A stretch of DNA of 64,000 nucleotides, taken from NCBI GenBank assembly GCA_051294375.1, contig CM119263.1, forward strand, positions 5,326,010 to 5,390,009, given 5' to 3'. The notes beneath the pieces were generated by a model that saw only the letters and a list, made by a program, of their open reading frames with translations, was not told the origin of the DNA and made no database searches. Within the stretch, counting starts at the first letter, position 1, and every line of letters starts with the position of its first letter. This stretch comes from Paraspadella gotoi. Its lineage: Eukaryota > Animalia > Chaetognatha. The translations under genes and the position numbers were made by a program. This document shows positions 1 through 10,126 of this stretch, one piece after another.

Positions 1-285
1 AATTCAAGTCCTTTTAGAATTGTCCCCATCACTTTACATTATTCGTATACATATATTGTAGTAACAAAAACAAATTTCTCTTTGCTAAAGTCCTTTACAA
101 ATTTTTTTGAAATAATATCCTTATAAATTTTAAAATTAGTTGTTTCTAGTCGGATTTGCTTACCAGCAGATTCCGACTCTATAATACACTTTGTCGGTCC
201 GCCCCCACAATTTTGTCGGTCATTCACTTAAATCATGTCAGAACATTGAATTATGATAAATTATGCAAAAAAAAAAAAAAAAAAA

Positions 286-450
286 TGTCCGTCCGTCTGT
301 AGGTCCGTCCGTCCCCCTTAGCAAAAAACTCCAATTACTGATGATTGGATGGTTGGATTGGAATGAAATTTTGTGTGTGGGTAGGAAAGTGTGTGATTCA
401 GCAGAATATAAAGTTTGGATGGAATCCAGGAGTGGAAATGAGTTTGCATG
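286..450. mobile_element. Possible non-autonomous Helitron/Helentron-type (DINE/HINE-like) fragment
   Basis: A GTCC/GTCT tetranucleotide tract (tgtccgtccgtctgtaggtccgtccgtcc) is followed by a 'ggattggaatgaaattttgtgtg' block. This arrangement is typical of such elements. Termini were not resolved. Confidence 0.35.
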
Positions 451-510
451 AAAAAAACCTGCAGAGACCACCCCATGTCACTGGCGTGTTTATGCCGACA
501 CCATCACACT

Positions 511-643
511 TTAACCAGCGTGACCATGAGGGGATTGAACCCGGAACTCATGGTTGGTGAACGAGTACTTAACTGTACTGAACTTACTGTACTTAACTGA
601 GATTCACCAAGCTATGCGGGAGGCGAATTTAGAATTCGCCACA
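511..643 (-). mobile_element. tRNA-derived SINE-like element head, copy 1
   Basis: The minus strand reads ...gttaagtactcgttcaccaaccatgagttccgGGTTCAATCCcctcatggtcacg, containing a Pol III B-box/T-arm. Highly similar to 1641-1766. No complete cloverleaf. Confidence 0.6.
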
Positions 644-1640
644 ATGCAAGTTAAAAAAATTATTTATTTGCAGTATAAAAGGACCGACGCGGGTCTATTA
701 ACTCTCTCCTTCACCTCCTCTTCATCCTCCTCCCAGGGATTCGGGGACGCGTTCACGAGGTTCAGTTCACCTTCTCTCTCTTCTACTAGTTTCTCCCCTT
801 TTTTACCCTCATGATTTTGTCGCCGTATAGATTTTCCTGACGTCAACATATTATTTTCCCGCATTCTCCTGACTTTACTTCTCGTTAGGATATTACCTTT
901 TCAGAGGTTTGTACCATAGTAACAGTTCAGTTTAATTCCTTGCAAGCATTTACATGTATTAGCGCAGCCATTGGTTTGCTAATTGCTATGGTACGATCTG
1001 GTATAATAAGTTAGGATCACAAATTGAAAGATTATCGCCATTTATCATCTGATTAGCTGATTACCGCTTAATTATCTTAGGCAGATCCGTCATTGTTTGC
1101 TCAAACTTGTTATTTTTAAGAACAGAATCCGATTCGTCAGAAAGAAACTTTTACGTTCCATCCACAGTCCTAACGACTTCCTTCTGCGTTGGCAAAGCGA
1201 GACCATTCTCGGGTAACCGCGCCAGTGACAGGAGGCGTCACTGAGGGTCGGAAGCCCCCAAAGCCAACAGTGAGATGCCCCATCACAATGGGCATCACAG
1301 CAACCCGGCAACCCAAGGCCGCGAAAAATGATTAAAAAGTTACGTTATATAATAGTTTCTATTACAGAAAATTGAAAAATTAGGAATTTAGTACTTTTTC
1401 CCTATTTTTAACACAGAAGACATCGGAATTTCTGATAACATGTTTTATATTTTTGGTATAACTTTTATGTAACATATTTCAAATAAAATTTTTTTTCTCA
1501 AGAGCTCCACTCTATTACAATCTACATACATAGTTGTGCGATCTTCTAATATAAACAATCTATTATGGCAACGGGTAGACATGTATGATGCCCGGGGTGT
1601 GAGGCATCTCCCGACAGCTGGCGCTCAGGGCTTGGAAACT

Positions 1641-1766
1641 TTAACAAGCGTGACCATGAGGGGATTGAACCCGGAACTCACGGTTGGTGAATGAGTGCTT
1701 AGTTGTCCATTGGGACGAGCAGAGTTTCACCAAGCTATACGGGAGACGAATTTAGGATTCGCCACA
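1641..1766 (-). mobile_element. tRNA-derived SINE-like element head, copy 2
   Basis: Shares 'agcgtgaccatgaggggattgaacccggaactca' and 'ttcaccaagctat...ttcgccaca' with 511-643. The central ~40 nt have diverged. Confidence 0.6.
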
Positions 1767-3052
1767 CTATTTTATTTTACCGGCAAAATCGATGAAAGAA
1801 AGCGCAGGCTGTGGCCGTCGTCTTCGCTCCGAGTGAGAGTCTTACGGCACTCTGCATCAAAGTCCGAATGTGACCGAAAATTTCCTTGGAGTGCGTTGCT
1901 CGGGGTGCCATTTCTCAGGCAGTGCGGCGCCGGAGAAAGACTACGGTTTGTATAAAGGTAAATAGGAATGAATGGTGGAGATGGCATTTATCAATTTTTT
2001 TTTCATAATTGATGTACACGAAATAAATGAGAACTTAATTTTTAAGATGGACCAAAAAAAAGTACATTTAAATCTAAATTTAAACAAAACCAAAATGAAT
2101 TGCAACGTCCAAGACTAAAACTAAATTCGCTTATAAAAATCGACGAATGAAAATTAAATTTCACGAGAATTCCTAGTTTCTTTTTCCAACAGAAGGAAAC
2201 GGCGTTTCGTATGTACCAGTAGGGCAAAGCGAGAAAGTTTTTACGCTAGTATAAAATTATTTATCATTTTGGTGACCTTTACATCTTTGGTTACCCCAAC
2301 ACCATACGGGGTTCAGTTAACATTATTTAAGTGAAATTGCAATAAAATTACGTCCAAATGTTTGTCAATAACGAATTGAAATTTAAGTATAATAATCCAT
2401 TTAATAAAATAATTTTCGAGGTTAAATCATCATCACAAAGACTCCTAATTCCGTCGAGGTTAAATTCGAGTTCGGTCGACGAAATTCTCTCACTGGAAAA
2501 CCAGTTGATCTAAGTTTCACATATTTTTACTATTTAGTAAATATATTTAGTATTTTACCACCACTTTTAGATGACACCTTATAAGCGAAGTAGCTTCAGA
2601 GAGTTTCTGGAGAAAACAATGACTTTTTTACGCTTAATTAGGATTATCTTACAATGTGTTTAGTGTGAACGAACATAATCAACATTTTATGATATCTAAA
2701 TGATATCTAAAATAAGAAATAAATTTTAAAAATGGAATTTATTAAAACCAAAACATATTACTTCAAATGAAAAATAATATATTACTTTTAATTAAAATAA
2801 AACTAATTAGGATGACGAGAAGATCCAAATTAACTATCAAACATTTACAGTGTTCCATTTTTTTTAGCGAAAACAAACGGGCCAGGAGGCATATCGGGTA
2901 TTTTATTTAGCATTTTTATCTCAACTTATCAAAAAATTCTGCTAAAAATTAGAAGACACTGCTTACAACACAGTTCTGAAAAAAACCTACGCAAACATTA
3001 ACTAAATTCAATTCAATTCACCAAGCGAATTTTTTTTGTCCCGAGTTTATAA

Positions 3053-4669
3053 TCAATACTTTCTCCCTCGCCTCCCTCCACGCCCCCTTTTTGAGGGGGA
3101 CTTTTGAGGAGATTGGAGAATTTTCACGGCGGTTTCCTCCGCAGCGGCACCAGCTGAGACCACTGCCTCCGCCGCCTCTTTAGAATTCATGTCCGACTCG
3201 GGGTCAATCCCGTTAGCATTTTCTCGCGCGGGTTCTTCGCTGATCTCAATACCGTTCTTTTCGATTACGTTCGTTTCCGATTTTGTATTTACGTCGGCAT
3301 CGGCGGCTTTGTTGGCTTTGACTTCGGCGACAGGAACTTCGATCATTTCTTGGTCGGCAGCGGCGACTATGTCGTCGTTGGCTTCCTTGTCGTGGTTGCC
3401 TTTGTCGATTACGTCTTTGTCCACGGCTTCTTCGTTTTCGTTTTTGTCATCGTCATTTTCGTTTATGTCATTGCCGTCTTTGTCATTGTCAGCGTCTCCG
3501 TTGACGGTCTCATTGGCAGTCTTCATCTGCGAGCCTCCCTCCTCCTCTTCCTCCTCCGCGACTTTTTCCTCTTTAGAGTTTATTTCTTTTTCCTCTTCCT
3601 CTTCCCCCTCCTTCATCTTCTCCACGCTCTGTCTCTTCTCGAAAGGAATGAAGAAGAAGTGAGAGTAGAGAAGCTTCCTCCAGGCGATCATCTTCTCTCT
3701 GTACGCACGTCTCTTCTCGTCCCTCTTCTTCATGTACTGCGCGCTCTTCTTCATGTAGTGAGTGGCCTTGTTCTTGTTCTTCGGCGCCTGACGCCCGGCA
3801 CCGCGCATCATTTGGGCCCGAGCCTTGGCCAGCATGGGCCCGGAGTGATAGTTAGGGTTGCGGTGGTGGTGATGGTGTTGATGGTTGCCGGTAAATGCAC
3901 GGGCGGCGGGCATCATCGCCGGCAGGTGCGGCATCAGGCCTCGCCGCATCATCCCTTGCCGCGCCAAGTGGCGGGGTAGGAGATCGGCGCCGCGTTTGTT
4001 CGCTAGCTTGGCGCCGCGAGCCTTGTTCGGACGAGGGTTGACGGGAGCTCGCCCGCGCGGGGGCGGGAGGAGAGGGGCGGTGGACGGGAAACCCCGGTAT
4101 GGACGGGGAGGGAGCATGTTAGGAGCGAAGGGAGGCGGACCGTGTGGAGGGGCGACATAAGAAGGGCGTAACATCGAGGACCTCGCTCCAGTATAAAGAG
4201 ATTCCGGTTGGTGCGGATAGTAGCCTCGCATACCGGGGCCTCGGAGGCCCATCATCATGGAGGGTCGGCCTCTTTCGATTAAAGATGGCGGGCCGGGCAT
4301 GAGTGGGCGTGGCATTCCAGCCTCGCGTTCGCGCCCCATCGACATTCCGTATCCGCGCTGAAAACTGGCATCCATGCCGGCCTCGAATCCGCGTTCGTAC
4401 ATCCCGTACGAGGATCGTGAGTGTCCCGGACCGTCGAACATGAATCCCTGCGGGCCTCTCAGCTGGGGCAACTCGAAGCCTCGGGGCGAGTGTAGCCCGT
4501 TCCGGGCGTTGGAGCCACCTTTATGGACTCCACCGTTTCGAATTCCTTTTCGCTTGTCGCCACCGCTTCTTCCGCCGCCTCTTCCTCCTCCCCCGCGACC
4601 GCCCCCTCGGCCACGGCCGCCGCCGCCACCGCCGCGGTGGTAATCTCCGTGTTTCGTGGAGCGACCCAT
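3053..4669 (-). CDS. Intronless low-complexity protein (538 aa): N-terminal RGG box, Pro/Arg/Met-rich middle, His run, basic helix, acidic tail, C-terminal basic RGG/NLS; putative RNA-binding disordered protein
   Basis: A 1.6-kb GC-rich ORF within AT-rich flanks. It contains RGGGGGGRGRGGGRGG repeats and ends SPQKSPSKRGRGGRRGRKY. A polypyrimidine/AG acceptor lies 19 nt upstream of the ATG. No folded domain recognised. Confidence 0.8.
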   Translation of the reverse strand: MGRSTKHGDYHRGGGGGGRGRGGGRGGGGRGGGRSGGDKRKGIRNGGVHKGGSNARNGLHSPRGFELPQLRGPQGFMFDGPGHSRSSYGMYERGFEAGMDASFQRGYGMSMGREREAGMPRPLMPGPPSLIERGRPSMMMGLRGPGMRGYYPHQPESLYTGARSSMLRPSYVAPPHGPPPFAPNMLPPRPYRGFPSTAPLLPPPRGRAPVNPRPNKARGAKLANKRGADLLPRHLARQGMMRRGLMPHLPAMMPAARAFTGNHQHHHHHRNPNYHSGPMLAKARAQMMRGAGRQAPKNKNKATHYMKKSAQYMKKRDEKRRAYREKMIAWRKLLYSHFFFIPFEKRQSVEKMKEGEEEEEKEINSKEEKVAEEEEEEGGSQMKTANETVNGDADNDKDGNDINENDDDKNENEEAVDKDVIDKGNHDKEANDDIVAAADQEMIEVPVAEVKANKAADADVNTKSETNVIEKNGIEISEEPARENANGIDPESDMNSKEAAEAVVSAGAAAEETAVKILQSPQKSPSKRGRGGRRGRKY

Positions 4670-5969
4670 CGGTTGGAGCTTCGATTATCTAACGAAAAAA
4701 AAAGGGAAAAAAGTTATGAGATAAGTTAAAGAGATCGCGATGAATGCTACAGCAGATGGGGACGCATCGAAACAGATTTCTTTTAAATCGGAAGACCTTT
4801 TTTCATTTTTTTAAATTTGTGCAAAAAGAAAACGAAGAAAGAAAAAAGTATATAACCGCTCGTCAGTTCAGAACAAACATATCGCGGAATAGGATTTATT
4901 TTAATATTTCAGATGCGTAACTCAAAAAAAAAAAAAGAATTAAAAAAAATTGACAATAAGGGCAAAACTGGAATTCGTAAACATTTTTGCACAATAATAG
5001 AAAAAACGCAAAATCAATGATGATTTGCACGTATTTAAAAATCAAAGAGCAGTAAGCTGCTCGTGACAAGCGGAGAAAAAAATAAATTGCATGGCGATTT
5101 TTTAAAAATAAATATGAGGACAAATAAGATCCGACGACAAATATTTAAAAATAAACGAAATCGGAAAAGAGACATGGCAATGGATAAAATTGAAATATAA
5201 ATATATCATGGCCGCTTGAAATGAGATCATTGAATTGCGAATTAGTATACCATAACTGCAAGGAGGGATAATCGAAGGAGGGAGGGGATTAAAAGTCGGA
5301 AATGAACGTTTGTGGTTCGTACATTCGTTCATAGGGGGCAAAGGGGTTGAATGGACAAAGTGTTCCCAGTTATCGCTCCCAATTTTTTTTTGAGAGGGAG
5401 CTGGGGAGGGATTGAAGGCGAGAGTTTTTTTTTTTTAATCCTTTTGAGATTATAAAGAGCTCTGCAGTCTGCAGTACAGTGCAGTACTGTACAGGGTGGT
5501 ACAGTGCAGGGCTCTGTAATCTGGATGCCGGATCTATTTTCTTTGGCTTTTCCCGAACTGACCCACGTCTCTCGTTCGGGCCTTTGAGGCGCCAGAGAGA
5601 TTGGAAGGGGGTCACTTAATTGCAATGGCCATTAAAGCGTCTCGCTGGTTTGAAAAGAAGATGGGAACAAAAAGATTAATAATGATCGGTTCCTGGCCGG
5701 CCCTCGGAGCGAGGATAATTTATTAATAGTTTAATTTTTCTGGGTATTTTAATCGTGAAGTTAAGTAAATTTTATAATAATTGCAACTTATTGAGAACCA
5801 ACTTACCCGGTAATTAATCGTTATCGGCCCACAGGGTTATCCAAACGCCAGCCTAAGAACTCAAAATGAACTGAGGATAACTTAAATAGAAGGATGCACG
5901 AACGACGATTAAAAATAAATAATATTCGGGTCGAAGCGAGGACCCGAAAGGGCCTCCCGACTCCCGACT

Positions 5970-6911
5970 TCACAAATCCTTGATGAAGTGCTGCGAGCCT
6001 TCGGTGAAGTGAAGTCTCTCGTGACGATTTCGATTGCTGCTCACGTTGAACCTTCGATGGCAGACTTTGCACTCGTAGGGCGTCGCCGTGGTGTGCACCG
6101 TCTTGAGATGGACCTGTAGGTGTCCGTACTGAGTGAAGGACTTGCCGCACTTGGGACAGGAGCAGGATTTTGGCCCGTGCACGATCTTGATGTGTCTGTT
6201 CAGCCTCGCGGCATCGTCGAAGAATCTGTCGCACTCGATCAAGGGACAACGGAACAGCTCCTCGGCGAAGGGAACTCTGCTCTTCCTTTCCACCGTCTTC
6301 TCTATGAACTCAGATTCACCGAAGGACATAGTGAGGACTTTCAATCTCCCTTCGTCTTCTTCGTCGTCGTCGTCGTCGTCCTCGTCGGAGATGGACTCGG
6401 TCAAGGCCAGGTTGTCGTAGACGCTGAAGCCGCGATCGACGGGCGACGCACTCCGCTCCGGCAGCGGCTGCGTCGTCACAATGTAAAAGCCGTCGCCGTC
6501 GGCGGGAAGGAAGAATTCCTCTCCGCCGCCGACGGGCTGTTCGATCGTCACTCGTTGTTCCTCGAAGTCGAAGTCGGCGGCAATGTCGGCGTAGGAGAGT
6601 TCGTGGGAGGAGGTGTCGCTGGAATGGCTCATCGACGGATCGCCCGAGGACGAGGCGTCGCTGGAATGGCCCGTAGAGTGTTCCCCCGAGGAGAGTTCGC
6701 CGGAAGATGGTTCGGAAGGCGGGGGGTCTTCCGCCCAGAGATCTCCGGAAGAGGAAGAGTATCCGGAAGAGGAGGACTGACGTCCATAGGTTCTCGGTCT
6801 CTGCCAGATCTTCTGCGGATGTTTGGGTTTTCTCCTCGATCGAAGACGCGGCGTCTCAGCGACGACCAACACCGCCTCGTCGGGGGAAGACGATTCCGAG
6901 GAGGAATCCAT
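5970..6911 (-). CDS. Intronless C2H2 zinc-finger protein (313 aa), three C-terminal fingers and a Ser/acidic N-terminus
   Basis: The fingers are CPLIECDRFFDDAARLNRHIKIVH, CPKCGKSFTQYGHLQVHLKTVH and CKVCHRRFNVSSNRNRHERLH. The ORF is GC-rich with AT-rich flanks. Confidence 0.9.
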   Translation of the reverse strand: MDSSSESSSPDEAVLVVAETPRLRSRRKPKHPQKIWQRPRTYGRQSSSSGYSSSSGDLWAEDPPPSEPSSGELSSGEHSTGHSSDASSSGDPSMSHSSDTSSHELSYADIAADFDFEEQRVTIEQPVGGGEEFFLPADGDGFYIVTTQPLPERSASPVDRGFSVYDNLALTESISDEDDDDDDEEDEGRLKVLTMSFGESEFIEKTVERKSRVPFAEELFRCPLIECDRFFDDAARLNRHIKIVHGPKSCSCPKCGKSFTQYGHLQVHLKTVHTTATPYECKVCHRRFNVSSNRNRHERLHFTEGSQHFIKDL

Positions 6912-7627
6912 CGGCGAAAGAAAGTCTCGAATCTCGTTCGGGTTTTTAAATCTGATTTTTTTTTATATTAAAATCGAAGTAGAAAATTAAATAAACAAGA
7001 AGTCGTTAATTAATAATAGCGACGGGAGGACTAGAATCAACGAAATGCGGTAAAAATGGAAAAAAAATATGTTTTTGATTATTTTCTATCGAATGTAAAA
7101 AATAAAAACGAGGCACTAAAACTCTGAAATTGCAATAAATATTCCCAGAAAAAACCTGAGATAGCAAAAAGGTAAAAAAGGCACAGCAATCGGTACAAAA
7201 CGATTAAGTAGTCACAAAATATAAATGCGACTAAGGTAATCAACAACAATTTATTTTCGAAACAGAGATTCTTTAAATCTGTATGAAGCAGATATGCCAA
7301 TGATATGAGTAATTGAGTATGAAATCGGTACATCTAATATAAAACTATAAATTTAAATCTTTTTCAAGAATTCCCAAATCAAAAAATCATCTTGTGCGAC
7401 TTTTTGAACACAAAAAAATATCAATTTCAAAAGTCGAAAGAAAGAAGAAATTGAATATTTTGGCCTAAATTAAAATAAAATAAACTCCAAGAAAAAAGTC
7501 AAGCAAGAAAAGAAAGCTATTGAAAAGCGCTGATGCGAGGTTTTCAATCAGGGGAATTAAAAGCGGGACTAAAGCCAAACCTAAAATCAATGTAGTTGAC
7601 CCAATAACCCAAAGGCTGTCAAAAATT

Positions 7628-10086
7628 CTAGAGTAATTTAATGTCCCAATCGAAAGAGGCTTCGACGGCGAGACCCCTGATTACGACCGACTGCGCTGCC
7701 GCGTCGAACGTCAAAGGAACCGTCTTCTGCGTCGTGAACTTCCTCGTCATCACCGCCACAGTCGATCGGGAATGGATGACGTTTCCTTCCCGCTCATCGG
7801 GCGTCTCCGATCGCGACGTTTGCTCCCTCACCGACGTCATCGTGACCAAAGCGCCGGCGGGCGGTTTGGCCACGCCCAGAACAACCACCTCCCGTACGAG
7901 GGCGCGGCTGTGGAACTTGGGTTCGTCGGAAGGCGCGAGGGACTTAAGGACGTTGTTGGACATCGAGAGGCGACGAAAGACGAAAGATTTTTCTGACTGA
8001 TATTTGAAGGAAGATTCGTCGTCTTGAAAAATTGATCCTTCCGCTTCTTGTCGGTCGTCGAGCGCTACGAGGATCCTCAACGCCGCGGGGCGAAGACTCG
8101 ACGTCGAGATTGCGGCGCCGACTTCGGCGTGGGTCGGCACGATGCGGCCCGAGCGAAGAAAGGCGGGAAGAGAGAAAAGGGAAAGGGATGAGAGGAGGTA
8201 AGGGGCGGCGTCATTGGCAGGAAATCGAGAGTGAGGAGATGAGAGGGCGAACCATTGCTCGTGATTCTCCTGTAAATTGAAAATTAACTAATTAATATAA
8301 GAGATGACATAAGACCATTCACCCCTCACCCAAAGAATAAACCTCACCTCCAAAGGCAGAGGAACCTCAACTTCTTTTTGTCCGTCGCTCAAAACCGGAG
8401 CGACGAGGATCGCGTCGCCAACCATGAAGGCGCCTTCGACGTCGGCGGCGACGGGAGAATCGGGGAACTCCATCCAGAGAGGACGAACGACGGGCATCCC
8501 GGATAGAGTCGAAGAGTAAAAGAGGGTGTACCAATAGGGAAGGAGAGAATATCTGGAAGGAGAACCATATTTGTTGGTGTGATTTTGTACTGGTGTCAGG
8601 AACAAACTCTTGTGGAATCTCGATTGGAACTTTGTGGAAATCCGTATAAACATTTGTGGATTTAATTCATTCATTGATTGATTGTCTTATTTAATTAAAG
8701 ATTCATTGATTATTCATTCTTTCGTCATTGATAATTATTTAATTGATTCATTACTATTTTTCCCCTCAGCTATCATGAGTTAATGATTAATATTTTATAG
8801 CAGAGGTGTTGGGGGAAAGAGAGGAAAGAGAGGCCCGAGTTACGTACAGTTTAGACCAGTGTACAATTAATAACGGGAAAACTTTGGTAACAAAAATGAA
8901 AAAAAAAATCCTTTTTCTCGTTTGTGCACACTAAGCTGTGGTTACTGATCCATTGTGTTCCTCTCTTGATATACAATATTACAGTGTGGTGACTCTGGGC
9001 TAGTGAAACTGTCGACGCCCTGCTGCCCGCGTCTAGTGGCATACAAGCAACGCCGAGACTCTTAAGCTGCCCCTTTGGTCTGCAGCCACCATCGACCAGG
9101 GGGTCTGCAAGGTTTGCCCCCTAACACTGGTATTTTTTTAATTTAGTAACTCTAGTCTTAGTCTCAGTCTCACACTCTCTCTCTCTCTCTCTCTCTTTAT
9201 TGATGTCCAAATTATAATCTACGTCCCCTACCTCAAATCGACGGCCTCTTTGAACATCTGCAACAGCGAAGGGTCCTGTTTAAACAGCTCCCGCGCCGCC
9301 GTCCCACGAGAACTGTGAATTCGGAAGAAAGGAAGAAACGCGCCCAACTGAACCCAGCGAAGGAGAAGCTCCGGCGAAGGGTCTTGAGTGAACCCGCCCA
9401 CGTCGGCGCCGGAAAAGCTAAGGCCGCAGAGATTCAAGGTGAGGATCATCGGGATGGATTTTTTAAGATGATCCCACGTGGAGACATTGTCTAAGGGACA
9501 GAGGGAGTTTTCAGTTTTCAGTTTCACGCTTCACAAAGAGAGACATTATTAGACAAGAATTGGTGAATCACCTCCAGTCCAAACCGCGCCGAATCTTTGA
9601 GATCCCGCGAAAAAAGATCGCGTGAGAAGAAAGGGTCTCTCTTCGTTCGAGGCTCGAGCTTTTAATGCTTCGTAAGAGGCCATCTAAGTCAGAAGTTAAG
9701 CTTCATCACTCATAAGCCTCTCAATAGATTTAGGCAAAGGATTAATAATTTTATAATATAATTTTCATTATACATGTATGTCTTTAACAAACATCTGATT
9801 CTCCCAATTCACCTGCATATAAAACCCGTAGAGATTGTGCAAATCTCGATGTTCCACGTCGCCGCGATGCAGCGCATCTTTCGGCATTGTTTTCTCCGGC
9901 GCCCGAAAGATGGCGGGTTCGTTCATGTCGATCCAGAGGTTGGGAGAGTGGAGACGATCGGCGAGGACGCCGCGCCACCACGCCCTCGACGATGAATCGG
10001 AAAAGTCGACCCAAGAGGAGAGACCCGGCCAACATTCGCCTGAGGATTGTTATAGGGCTGGATTATCCTTTATATAAGTGTCTCTC

Positions 10087-10126
<40 letters not shown>

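Noticed and set aside
338-370. Hammerhead ribozyme cores (CTGATGA at about 338, 36643 and 61658)
   Set aside because: None has a stem II followed by GAAA with matching stems I and III.
511-580. tRNA gene (also 1641-1700)
   Set aside because: Only the T-arm/B-box and a partial anticodon arm are present. There is no acceptor stem or D-arm, so it was treated as SINE-like.
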